Source: an uncultured Muribaculaceae bacterium
GTDB taxonomy: Bacteria > Bacillota_I > Bacilli_A > RF39 > UBA660
Assembly: GCA_964408085.1 (NCBI GenBank)
Contig: CAYOYB010000004.1
Coordinates: 81,231-145,230, forward strand
Reading direction: 5' to 3'
DNA: 64,000 bases
Below are positions 48,795-58,270 of the stretch, piece after piece; position 1 is the stretch's first letter; each line of letters begins with the position of its first letter. The position numbers and the translations under genes are program-made. The notes under the pieces were generated by a model, which was not told the origin of the DNA, searched no databases, and saw only the letters and a program-made list of their open reading frames with translations.

Positions 48795-49666
48795 TATAAA
48801 TCACTTAAAACTTTCTCTTTGTTTTTATATGAATTCAACACCATCATAGTCGATAAAAAAGCAGGTATCAATGATGAGATTAATATCCCAATTAAACTTG
48901 AGCCTAAAAAAGACCAAATATGCGTGAAATTAAAATAAAGTGCCATAGAAGATTGTGAAAAAATTACTGCAGCCAATTCATCTAAAATTATGAATAACAA
49001 TATATATTCTATATATGAAAATATAATTGAAACAACTGAGTATCTATTATGTCTACAATTATATATTGCTATATTAATCCAAAAAATACCATGTAATATA
49101 AAATTACTAAAATAAACAATTAAAAAAATAATAATATTTTTGCAATTTTCAATTCCAAAAGAGTCATACATATAAAAACTAACACCATAATTGTAATCAA
49201 AATTTCCTGATATACAATAACACCCAATTAGTAAAAAAGCTAAGAAAATTGGTAATATAAATGCATTTTTTAATACATTTAAATATAAATTACGAAAACT
49301 ATTTTTATATCCAATTCTAATAACTGAATTTTTAAAATATCCCTTTCTTAGTTTTCTATTAAATTCAGTTGAAACAATAATTATAATTAATAATGGTGCA
49401 AGCATTCTTAATAAAGACATTCCCCTATCAATGGTCGATATATATCCAAGTGTATTTAAAGTATCACGCCTTTTAACTGGTTCTGTATACTTTACACATG
49501 CTGTGGAATACGATGAATCAATTTGACATTGCTTATAATTTTCTACATCTTTAGCATACCATATATCATCATCATGCTTGTATTTGTATAAAGCCGAAAA
49601 ACCACAAAAAAATAAAAATATAAAGACTAAAATTACTAAAAAATTATCTTTAATTCGTTCAATCAT
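48794..49666 (-). CDS. polytopic membrane protein
   Basis: About 6 hydrophobic segments. First gene of the three-gene unit. Confidence 0.55.
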   Translation of the reverse strand: MIERIKDNFLVILVFIFLFFCGFSALYKYKHDDDIWYAKDVENYKQCQIDSSYSTACVKYTEPVKRRDTLNTLGYISTIDRGMSLLRMLAPLLIIIIVSTEFNRKLRKGYFKNSVIRIGYKNSFRNLYLNVLKNAFILPIFLAFLLIGCYCISGNFDYNYGVSFYMYDSFGIENCKNIIIFLIVYFSNFILHGIFWINIAIYNCRHNRYSVVSIIFSYIEYILLFIILDELAAVIFSQSSMALYFNFTHIWSFLGSSLIGILISSLIPAFLSTMMVLNSYKNKEKVLSDL

Positions 49667-50054
49667 ATAACATACTCCTTTATATTGGTAGTGTTTTATA
49701 AAATATTACGCATATTTGTACTCTTTAAATGTAATGAAATAATATCCGTATATTTTATATAAATTTTAGTTAAAATAAAGCCTAAAGAATTAATTATACG
49801 CAAAAATATTAGTATAATTAATTAAAAAATGGCATTAACAATAAAATTAATAACCACGATATGCTTTTTCATAACTCATCAAGATATCATAATATGAATA
49901 GTTTTATTTCATTTGCAATATAATAAAAATGTATAAAAATTTATATTATATATAATTATAAACTTATTCTTAAACTATTGTTTTTTTAAATAAATCAATA
50001 AATTATATAATAAAAATATAAGACATTATTACGAAGTGAAATTATATAAAAATA

Positions 50055-50423
50055 TTAATAAAAGAAAATCCCTTTATAATTATTATTGAAATGCCAATCA
50101 GCACTAACTAAGTGTAATTGAACAATATCATTTTGTATAGGGCTAAGTTGAGTTATATTAGATGTTCCACCAACTATTGTATTATAATATGGTGTAGAGC
50201 CCATTGAAGTCGAAAACGAAAATTTTGTAGGATAACTTTGACTTTCAGTATAAAGAGCAATTGTTGAAACCGCATCACCTGTTATAGGATAAGAAAGTGT
50301 AGTTACATTATCAAACCAAAGAGTAACATTTATATCCTCCCTACCATATGCTGAAACCCTTGCAACAGTTACTAAATATAATGTCGATAATAAAATTCCC
50401 AAAATTACAATATTCTTTTTCAT
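50055..50423 (-). CDS. small secreted protein, unknown function
   Basis: Signal peptide MKKNIVILGILLSTLYLVTVARVSA. AAGGAGG RBS. Ser/Thr-rich mature part. Confidence 0.6.
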   Translation of the reverse strand: MKKNIVILGILLSTLYLVTVARVSAYGREDINVTLWFDNVTTLSYPITGDAVSTIALYTESQSYPTKFSFSTSMGSTPYYNTIVGGTSNITQLSPIQNDIVQLHLVSADWHFNNNYKGIFFY

Positions 50424-50713
50424 ATTTTACCTCCTTAAATTAAAAATAATTTCACTTCATATATCAAAATATCACAAATATGTAAGAAACACTTTATCGT
50501 ATGTGCTAAATAATATTAATTCATCTTTGAATCCTTTTAAATTGACTAAATTAATATAACCAGCAAATTTATGCGTTAAAAGATACAATTTAAACATTTT
50601 TTGATATTTTTGTTAAAAACAAATAGTATAAATTGTATATTAATTGCCTTGTATATTGCTTAACAATAAATATTGAAATAAAAAAATAATATTATAAGTA
50701 TATACTCATAATA

Positions 50714-50995
50714 TTATTTATTCGTATTTTTATAATAATTAAGCTCTGATAAATCTATTAATAAAGCATCTAATTCCTCATCTATTTCTGATTCATTGTT
50801 TAGATATTCTTCTATATCAAATATTAAAGATGATAAGCTACTATATTTTTTATAATCAATTTTATTTCTTTCTAAAATACTAATCTGATTATTTGATAAA
50901 TAAATATCATTACCTCGATTAATTCTAAAATTATTTTCAATATCTATGTCATCAACTATAGTTTCAATATTTAATTCTTTACCATTAATCTCCAT
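50714..50995 (-). CDS. hypothetical acidic protein
   Basis: 93-aa ORF, 6 nt after the preceding gene. Confidence 0.45.
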   Translation of the reverse strand: MEINGKELNIETIVDDIDIENNFRINRGNDIYLSNNQISILERNKIDYKKYSSLSSLIFDIEEYLNNESEIDEELDALLIDLSELNYYKNTNK

Positions 50996-51001
50996 AAATC
51001 C

Positions 51002-52249
51002 CTACTTAACCAATCTAGAAGCAGCCTTCATAATTGCTAACTTACCATATTCATAAGTTAAAGAGCCTTGTTGATAAGCTATATAAGGTGGTCTTATTGG
51101 ACCATCACAAGAAAGTTCAATTGATGATCCCTGTGTAAAAGCACCAGCTGCCATTATAACCTTATCAGTATAACCAGGCATATCCCAAGGTAATGGTACT
51201 ACAAAACTATCAATTGGTGAACCAGACTGTATTCCCTGACAATATTTAATCAAATCCTGTTCATTTCCAAACTCAATATTTTGAACAATATCTGCTCTAT
51301 TATCATTATACTTTGGTTCTACTTTATAACCAAGTTTTTCTAATAAGCAAGCTGTAAAAATAGCTGTTTTTAAACTACTAGAAACTACACTAGGAGCTAA
51401 AAATAAACCTTGTAGTAAACTTTTATTCATACCTAAACTTGGGCCTACTTCTTTACCCTCACCTGGTACTGTAAGTCTTTCAGCTGCTAAATTAACTAAA
51501 TCTTTTTTACCTACAATATAAGCGCCATTTGGAGCAATACCTCCACCTAAATTTTTGATTAAAGAACCAACAACTATATCAGCACCAACTTCAGTTGGTT
51601 CTTTTTTATCAACAAATTCACAATAGCAATTATCAATCATAACAATAACATCTTTATCAACTTCACGAATTTTTTTAATAACATGCTCAACCTTATCTAT
51701 TGTAAGACTTTTTCTAGTAGAATAGCCTTTTGATCTTTGAATCTCAATTAATTTAATTTTAGATTGAGTCAATCTTTCACATATTTTTCCAATATCAAAA
51801 TCATCATTAACTAAATCAATCTGTTCATAATTAACATCAAATGATTTTAAAGAACTAGGATTTTCTCTTATACCTATTACCTCTTCTAAAGTATCATAAG
51901 GCTTACCTGTAATACTAAGTAGCGTATCACCTGGACGTAAAATAGCAAATAAAGCAACAGTTAAGGCATGACTCCCAGAAATAAATTGACTTCTAACTAA
52001 AGCATCTTCTGCTTTAAATATATTCGCATAAATAGACTCAATTGTATCCCTACCAATATCACCATAACCATAACCAGTGGTTGAATTAAAATGAGCATCA
52101 GAAATTTGATATTTTTGAAAAGCCTTTAAAACTTTAAAACTATTAAAAGTACAAATATCATCAATCTTAGCTAATTCTTCTTTTATTTGTTCATCAACAT
52201 TTGGTACTAAAGAAATTATTTTTTCATCTATTCCAAAACTTTCATACAT
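51002..52249 (-). CDS. YnbB/methionine-gamma-lyase-family PLP enzyme (also called the aluminium resistance protein family)
   Basis: FNSFKVLKAFQKYQISDAHFNSTTGYGYGDIGRD...GKPYDTLEEVIG. Start at 52249, after GGAGG. Confidence 0.75.
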   Translation of the reverse strand: MYESFGIDEKIISLVPNVDEQIKEELAKIDDICTFNSFKVLKAFQKYQISDAHFNSTTGYGYGDIGRDTIESIYANIFKAEDALVRSQFISGSHALTVALFAILRPGDTLLSITGKPYDTLEEVIGIRENPSSLKSFDVNYEQIDLVNDDFDIGKICERLTQSKIKLIEIQRSKGYSTRKSLTIDKVEHVIKKIREVDKDVIVMIDNCYCEFVDKKEPTEVGADIVVGSLIKNLGGGIAPNGAYIVGKKDLVNLAAERLTVPGEGKEVGPSLGMNKSLLQGLFLAPSVVSSSLKTAIFTACLLEKLGYKVEPKYNDNRADIVQNIEFGNEQDLIKYCQGIQSGSPIDSFVVPLPWDMPGYTDKVIMAAGAFTQGSSIELSCDGPIRPPYIAYQQGSLTYEYGKLAIMKAASRLVK

Positions 52250-52250
52250 A

Positions 52251-52985
52251 TTAGTGACCTCCATCTACTCTAATAATTGAACCATTAACATAACTTGCTT
52301 CATCAGTCGCTAAAAAATAAATAACATTCGCAATTTCAGAAGGTTCAGCAAAACGTCCTAATAAAACTTTCTTTTTTTCACCATCTAAATAAGAAGGTTC
52401 CATTTCTAAAACAGGAGGTGTATTCATCCAACCAGGAGCAATACAATTGACCCTAACATAAGGTGCTAAAGCTTTTGAAAAATTTTTAGTTAAAGAAATA
52501 AGACCAGCTTTTGATGCATCATAATCCATCGAATAAGTTTCATTTGTATCTATAGCATTAGTTGAAGAAACATTAATAATACAACCACATTTTTTCTTAA
52601 ACATAATTTCACCTAAATATTTTGATAATAAAAAAGGTCCAATTAAATTAGTTTCTAAAACAGTTGAAAACTCACTACTACTTTTATCATAAAAATAATT
52701 ATCACAACATATGGCAGCATTATTTACTAAGCAATCAATTTTACCAAACTCTTTTATCGATAAATCAACCATTTTTTTAACTTCTTCTTCTTTAGAAATA
52801 TCTGCTTTTATGGTTAAAACAGAAATATCATATTCACTTTCAATTTTTTCTTTTAATTCTTCAGCTTGTTCTTTAGAATTATTATAATTAATTATTACAT
52901 CATAACCCTGACTTGCAAATTTTAAAGCACAAGCTCTACCTAAACCACGACTAGCACCAGTAATTAATACTTTTTTTCTTTCCAT
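52251..52985 (-). CDS. SDR-family oxidoreductase (FabG-like)
   Basis: TGASRGLGRA and YDASK. Confidence 0.85.
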   Translation of the reverse strand: MERKKVLITGASRGLGRACALKFASQGYDVIINYNNSKEQAEELKEKIESEYDISVLTIKADISKEEEVKKMVDLSIKEFGKIDCLVNNAAICCDNYFYDKSSSEFSTVLETNLIGPFLLSKYLGEIMFKKKCGCIINVSSTNAIDTNETYSMDYDASKAGLISLTKNFSKALAPYVRVNCIAPGWMNTPPVLEMEPSYLDGEKKKVLLGRFAEPSEIANVIYFLATDEASYVNGSIIRVDGGH

Positions 52986-52997
52986 AAAACACCCATC

Positions 52998-53237
52998 CTA
53001 TTTATCAACAAAATCATCACTATCATTATTGTAAATTCTATCTAATTTATCATTTATTTTTTCTAATTCTTTATATATTAATTGTATATTTTTTTCAACA
53101 CTATTAATTCGTTTTTTCTCTTTGTTTTTCACTAATAATCTATAAATACCCATCATTATTAAAATAATAATACAAGCAACTATAATATATAAAGCATAGC
53201 TTGCTAAAGTCTGATACGAAAATTCTTCTCCTAACAC
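52998..53237 (-). CDS. small single-pass membrane protein
   Basis: 79 aa, with one TM helix and a coiled C-terminus. Confidence 0.45.
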   Translation of the reverse strand: MLGEEFSYQTLASYALYIIVACIIILIMMGIYRLLVKNKEKKRINSVEKNIQLIYKELEKINDKLDRIYNNDSDDFVDK

Positions 53238-53364
53238 TTTATCACCTCATATATTACTATTATACCATGATACCAAAATAAATTTATAAATTTTAATATC
53301 ATTTTGAAGCATTCATATAACTAACTTATTTAATTTAATATCTATAAAGAATAAATAACGAAAT

Positions 53365-53400
53365 AAAAACTAGTAAAACATAAAAAGTTCTACTAGTTTT
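53365..53400 (-). terminator. hairpin terminator downstream of the CAT-like gene
   Basis: Stem AACTAGTA/TACTAGTT with flanking A- and T-runs. Confidence 0.55.
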
Positions 53401-53444
53401 AAAAACTGTACATACTAATATGAATACTACAAAATTTAAACCTT

Positions 53445-54056
53445 TTATAAATATTTCTCTATATTATTTATTTTATCATTCAATTTATCTAAAAATAATC
53501 CTATATGGTAGCCATCGACAAAACCATGATGAACCATTATTGTTAAATTAATATAACATCTATCATTAATAAACTCAAACTTATCCCAAATAAATTGTGG
53601 AACAGTTACCTTTTTATCAAAAGGAGTTATTAACGATGATATTTTAAACCAAGGGGCACATGAAACCCATATCTCACCTAAATTATTACTAATATATGAT
53701 TTATGATTTTTTTGAAACTTTTCACGAATAATTTTATATTCTTCTATAAAATCATTATAATTATCTTTTAAATCAACAGAATAATATCCAATATTATGGT
53801 CAGAAAACATTTCTGTAAAATTTAAATTAATTCTATTATATTTATATATTTTATTATCCTCAACTCTATATTTAAAATTATCAATTTCATTAACTACTAA
53901 ACAAATCAAATAACCTATTGATGCATAGTAATTCTTACAATTATTATATATATTAGTTATATCTACTTTTGTTGTTAAATATAAAAATGGATTTGTTTCC
54001 TGATTATAATGATTAAACAATTCTAAACGATTAAATTCTGTTATTTCTTCTTTCAT
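53445..54056 (-). CDS. chloramphenicol-acetyltransferase (CAT) family protein
   Basis: C-terminal VHHGFVDGYHIG matches the CAT catalytic HHxxxDGxH. The N-terminus (MKEEITEF..., Met8 of the track ORF) is chosen by its offset from the track coordinates. Confidence 0.7.
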   Translation of the reverse strand: MKEEITEFNRLELFNHYNQETNPFLYLTTKVDITNIYNNCKNYYASIGYLICLVVNEIDNFKYRVEDNKIYKYNRINLNFTEMFSDHNIGYYSVDLKDNYNDFIEEYKIIREKFQKNHKSYISNNLGEIWVSCAPWFKISSLITPFDKKVTVPQFIWDKFEFINDRCYINLTIMVHHGFVDGYHIGLFLDKLNDKINNIEKYL

Positions 54057-54274
54057 TTTTCCACCCTCATATAACATAAAAATTTATAAAATTCTCCTCA
54101 TAATTTTAAATAGTGTTACAACTATTATTATTAATTTATAATTTGTAACAATTTTTTAGTTTGCTATTAAACTAAAAATCATAATAATCAACTTACCATA
54201 TTATAACATATATAATATAGATAGTAAATTGAGAAAATTATGAAGAATCTTTTTACCAATATAATATATGCTAC

Positions 54275-54303
54275 TTGACTTTCACAAATAAAAACCATAT
54301 AAT
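54275..54303 (+). promoter_or_regulatory. sigma-A-type promoter
   Basis: TTGACT, 17 nt spacer, TATAAT, 33 nt upstream of the ATG at 54337. Confidence 0.6.
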
Positions 54304-54336
54304 AAAGCCTCAAAAAAGAGGGGGAAGATAGACATC

Positions 54337-56034
54337 ATGACAACAAAACAACCTATTACACATAACTATATGGATAAAAATGAATTTCATAAAAATCTAA
54401 TTTTAAATGATAAAATAAATAATGATGATGAATTTAATAAAAAATGTTCTGCCATGATTGATTCTATTAACGAACTAGACCACTTCGATATCAATATGTT
54501 TTTTATCGCATTAAAAAGTTTTGATACTATAGATAATAATAATTTTAATGACTTATTTAAATTATATGAAATATCAAAAAATAAAAAAATAAGCGCTCAA
54601 AAAAAAGAAGGATTTGCAAATTTTTTAGAATTACTAAACAATTTCAATAATTATACTAAAAACCAAGAGATATTAAAAAATATAATTACTAATTTTAATG
54701 ACTTTATTCATCAAATTATTGATTACATAACAAAAGGTTATATATATATGCTTGATTCATATAATGAAAACATTTTTGTAAAAACAAGACTACCAATTAT
54801 ACGATTAATAAAATATTGTTTACAAAATAATTTATTTTCAACATATTTTAAGTTAGCTCAAAAAATAGAACCTTGCATTATAAATATTTTTTTCGAAACT
54901 TATAAAACAGAAATAATAGACATAATAAATAAAAACAAAAATAATCCTAATGTTTTATATATAGTAACAAACTTAGATGAAAATAATATAAATGAAATTT
55001 TTAAAATAAATCTCTTACCACTTTTAGAAAATGCTACAAATTATTTAATATTAAATTTAATTAGAAACGATGTACCAAAAAAGTATATTATAAATGATTT
55101 TTTTATAAATGGATTTAAAAAATGCGAGTTTACTAAACAAATCGATATACTAGAATATTTAGAAGATTTTGAATATCCACAAGAATTTATTAATAATCTT
55201 CACCATAAATTAAATAAGGAGTCTAAATGTCCTATTTCTGTTGAAAATACAATCGAAATATCAAAATCAAAATTCGATAAAATTTGTCACATAATTGAAC
55301 ATTCTTCTTATTTTATTAAAAACAACATTCAAAATAGTGAACTTTGGAAATTAATAATTGCAATATCAAATAACGAACCAATCAATCAAGTTCAGATTTC
55401 AAATTTATACGAAAAATTGGTACATCTATATAGCTTATGCTACAATCATGCAACTACTTCGATTACAAATAATATTTATCCACTTAATACTTTACAAGAA
55501 AAAATTACCTATTTAGAAAATACTAAATTTAATATTTTTGCTATATGTTGCGATACAACAAATTGCCACACACCAGAAGATTTATTAAAAAATCAAAATT
55601 TTGCTTGGGGAAATATTTTAACAGAAAATAATTTTTCTCATCCTTATGATGAAGGTCATTTATTTGGTTTTTATACAAATATCACTCCCTCATCTATCGT
55701 ACACATATTTCCAGCGGAACCTGTGTTACCAAATCTTTCTTGTAAATATAAAAAAGATATAACATGGTATAAACCTATTTTGCTAGATATTGATGATTTA
55801 AATTATACCACACTCAACAATGATACTTTTTCTAGTGTATTCATTAGAACTAAAACCCAAGATAATCAGATTATTATTCCAAACTGCATTATATGCTTAG
55901 ATGAGGTTGATAAAGATTCTTTAAATTTAGCACAAAAATTTAATCAAAAAATCTTAGTTTTGAAGAAAAATTCCAAAACAATTGAAAACAATGAAAGAGT
56001 TTCCTATCATGGTACTGGCGAAACAGAACAATAA
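54337..56034 (+). CDS. hypothetical Asn-rich protein (565 aa)
   Basis: Long ORF with a GAGGGGGAAG RBS. No motif recognised. Confidence 0.55.
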   Translation: MTTKQPITHNYMDKNEFHKNLILNDKINNDDEFNKKCSAMIDSINELDHFDINMFFIALKSFDTIDNNNFNDLFKLYEISKNKKISAQKKEGFANFLELLNNFNNYTKNQEILKNIITNFNDFIHQIIDYITKGYIYMLDSYNENIFVKTRLPIIRLIKYCLQNNLFSTYFKLAQKIEPCIINIFFETYKTEIIDIINKNKNNPNVLYIVTNLDENNINEIFKINLLPLLENATNYLILNLIRNDVPKKYIINDFFINGFKKCEFTKQIDILEYLEDFEYPQEFINNLHHKLNKESKCPISVENTIEISKSKFDKICHIIEHSSYFIKNNIQNSELWKLIIAISNNEPINQVQISNLYEKLVHLYSLCYNHATTSITNNIYPLNTLQEKITYLENTKFNIFAICCDTTNCHTPEDLLKNQNFAWGNILTENNFSHPYDEGHLFGFYTNITPSSIVHIFPAEPVLPNLSCKYKKDITWYKPILLDIDDLNYTTLNNDTFSSVFIRTKTQDNQIIIPNCIICLDEVDKDSLNLAQKFNQKILVLKKNSKTIENNERVSYHGTGETEQ

Positions 56035-56174
56035 TTAAAAAAATATAATCAAGAATCTTTATTATTCTTTTAATAAATATTTAAAACAAAATTTTAACAT
56101 ACAAAGTAAATAATACTAAAAATTTGAGCACATTTTTTTAACATTAAAATACATAGAATTACAACAATAAAGCA

Positions 56175-56203
56175 TTGACAATAAGATATTTGAACATTAT
56201 AAT
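56175..56203 (+). promoter_or_regulatory. sigma-A-type promoter
   Basis: TTGACA, 17 nt spacer, TATAAT. Confidence 0.6.
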
Positions 56204-56228
56204 ATACTAACAAGAAGGAAGGTATTTT

Positions 56229-56981
56229 ATGGGAATGATCATTGATGGTGGAGATTTAGAAACAAAAACATCTATGCCAAATTTATACAAAGCTATTTCA
56301 CAAGCTATTATAAAAATATATTATGCCAGTCAAAATGAAATAAAATTTGATAAATATTTACAAGACGCTATTAGAAGCTTAAGAAAAATTAATTTAATTG
56401 AAACAAGATCAAAAATAGAATTAAAAAGATACCATAGCACTCAATATCCTGCTTTTTTATGGCAAGAAAAAATTAAACAAAAATTACATTTTTTTGCTTC
56501 AATGATAGGTTTTATTGATGGATTTATTGATGATTATACTAGAAAGATAGAAATATTTTATTCAAACTTCGATAATCAAATAAATGAAATAGATCAAATA
56601 AATGAAATACATGAATATAAAAATAAGCAAATGTATTTATTAGAAATCAGAAATAGCATATTACTAGACTTTACAAAAAAGAAAATAGATTTTGAGCCAA
56701 CAATATTACAATCAACTTTAGAAACAATACCAGCGCATAAATCATTTTCTGAATTATATAATAATGCTATTGAAAATAAATATCAACTTAATTTGCAACA
56801 AGAATTAGTTAGTGCTTATAACATTGGATATAAAAGTGTTGGATATTATGAATTAAACGAAACATTAACTTTATATAAAGAATTAAGTGCTGAATTAGAT
56901 GAATATGAGCAACTTAATCAAGATACACTAGAAAAAGAAAAAAACAGGAAATTCCTTAAATTTAAAAAAATAGGTAAATAA
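56229..56981 (+). CDS. hypothetical protein, paralogue A of 57576..58244
   Basis: Shared blocks with 57576..58244: KFD-YL, LNLI-TR, QKL-FF--IGFIDG-I, TIPA---FS-LY, YNIGY. Confidence 0.55.
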   Translation: MGMIIDGGDLETKTSMPNLYKAISQAIIKIYYASQNEIKFDKYLQDAIRSLRKINLIETRSKIELKRYHSTQYPAFLWQEKIKQKLHFFASMIGFIDGFIDDYTRKIEIFYSNFDNQINEIDQINEIHEYKNKQMYLLEIRNSILLDFTKKKIDFEPTILQSTLETIPAHKSFSELYNNAIENKYQLNLQQELVSAYNIGYKSVGYYELNETLTLYKELSAELDEYEQLNQDTLEKEKNRKFLKFKKIGK

Positions 56982-57004
56982 TTATTAAAAACTAATTTTG
57001 ACAT

Positions 57005-57043
57005 ATAAAACCTCGTTTCTATATCCAAGAAACGAGGTTTTTA
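57005..57043. terminator. bidirectional terminator
   Basis: 12-bp perfect stem AAACCTCGTTTC/GAAACGAGGTTT with flanking A- and T-runs. Confidence 0.75.
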
Positions 57044-57067
57044 TAATTTAAATTTAAATAGTCTTTC

Positions 57068-57283
57068 TCACCATCTCGCAATGTGATCTCTAGCGTAGAC
57101 CAATGATTTACAAGCTCCATCATCATGCTTTTCACAAGCTTTTTGCAAATTAGAATTAATTTTTGCAATTGTTGATGCTTTAACAGGAATAAGTTTAGAA
57201 CAAACCCCTTCTTCACTTTTAACTGGAATATCATCATCTAATTCATTCAAAGTTTTGTATTCTTCTTTTAAATCAACCATCAT
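57068..57283 (-). CDS. hypothetical 71-aa protein
   Basis: Acidic N-terminal half and a C-terminal CEKHDDGAC pair. The terminator lies directly downstream. Weak RBS. Confidence 0.4.
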   Translation of the reverse strand: MMVDLKEEYKTLNELDDDIPVKSEEGVCSKLIPVKASTIAKINSNLQKACEKHDDGACKSLVYARDHIARW

Positions 57284-57521
57284 ATTAGCCCACTAACTAC
57301 ATATAAAATATCATATTGTATAGTATCTTATCAATAATTTTGCTAATTTATCAGCAAATAGAAAAGTAAAAATATTAATTATAACAATTCTTGTTTTAAA
57401 CAAAATCTTTACTTTCGTTCAATAAATAAAATATATACAATCAAATTATAACATACAAAATGGCACAACTTCAATATATTCTTTTATTAACACTATAATA
57501 AAAAGTAATTACAATAAATTA

Positions 57522-57550
57522 TTGACAAATAAACATTTAAAGACTATAAT
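57522..57550 (+). promoter_or_regulatory. sigma-A-type promoter
   Basis: TTGACA, 17 nt spacer, TATAAT. The track ORF's TTG start is the -35 box itself. Confidence 0.6.
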
Positions 57551-57575
57551 ACCTAACAAAAAAAGGGGGATAATT

Positions 57576-58244
57576 ATGTCAATAAATATAGGTCTTGAAA
57601 CTATTAATCCTACATTAAATGAATTTCAACAAGAAATACACAAAATGATTACAGAATATGAAAATAACAATCCAACAATTAAATTCGATGAATATTTAAA
57701 ATTATGTGCAACGAACTTAAAAAAATTAAATTTAATTTCAACAAGATTTCAAATCGAAGCTATTAAATATGGACATACAGAAGAATATTCATGCAACCTA
57801 GAAAATAATATAAAGGAACAAAAATTACAATTTTTCTTAGCTATTATAGGTTTTATTGATGGTGTAATAGAGAGTAATAACAAAAATAAAAATGCAAATG
57901 GAAATTATCAACAAGCAGATTTGCGAACCACTAGAAGTAGAGTAATAACTAACTTTAAAGAACTATTCACTGAAAAAGAACCAACAGCATTATCAAGTAT
58001 GTTAATAACAATACCAGCATATAATAATTTTTCTTCCCTATATCAATACTTTTCTAAAAATAGTTTACCTCTGTCACTAATTAATTCATATAATATTGGC
58101 TATGAAAATAATCAATATAATCCAAAAGAAATATTTGAATTATATCAAGGTTTATATAGTGAAATGAATCATTGGGTAGAATCGCTTAGAATTATGTTGG
58201 AAGTTGAAAAAATTAAAATATTAAGCAATAAAAAAGTTCTATAA
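57576..58244 (+). CDS. hypothetical protein, paralogue B of 56229..56981
   Basis: The ATG at 57576 (MSINIGLE) follows AAGGGGGA. See paralogue A for the shared sequence blocks. Confidence 0.55.
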   Translation: MSINIGLETINPTLNEFQQEIHKMITEYENNNPTIKFDEYLKLCATNLKKLNLISTRFQIEAIKYGHTEEYSCNLENNIKEQKLQFFLAIIGFIDGVIESNNKNKNANGNYQQADLRTTRSRVITNFKELFTEKEPTALSSMLITIPAYNNFSSLYQYFSKNSLPLSLINSYNIGYENNQYNPKEIFELYQGLYSEMNHWVESLRIMLEVEKIKILSNKKVL

Positions 58245-58256
58245 GAACTTTTTTTG
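58231..58256. terminator. bidirectional terminator
   Basis: Stem AAAGTTCT/AGAACTTT enclosing the stop codon, followed by a T-run. Confidence 0.6.
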
Positions 58257-58270
58257 TATAAATTGTTTTT

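Noticed and set aside
54050-54064. Apparent frameshift at a T-run near the 5' end of the CAT-like gene. By my count the printed sequence has CATTTTCC, whereas the ORF-track translation (…GGKMKEE…) needs CATTTTTCC.
   Set aside because: This is most likely my miscount of a homopolymer. The computed ORF track is taken as authoritative. I therefore derived the alternative start from track offsets and do not claim a frameshift.
56577-56612. Tandem 18-nt duplication CAAATAAATGAAATAGAT / CAAATAAATGAAATACAT inside paralogue A (encodes QINEID-QINEIH).
   Set aside because: It is a small in-frame slippage duplication in low-complexity coding sequence. There is no indication of regulatory or mobile function.
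57019-57237. 72-aa minus-strand ORF overlapping 57068..57283 in another frame.
   Set aside because: It runs through the bidirectional terminator hairpin (57008-57040). The alternative frame (57068..57283) ends just before the terminator and has a more protein-like composition.
57522-57575. TTG start of the track ORF 57522..58244.
   Set aside because: The TTG is the first three bases of the TTGACA -35 box of a consensus promoter. The real start is the ATG at 57576, behind AAGGGGGA.
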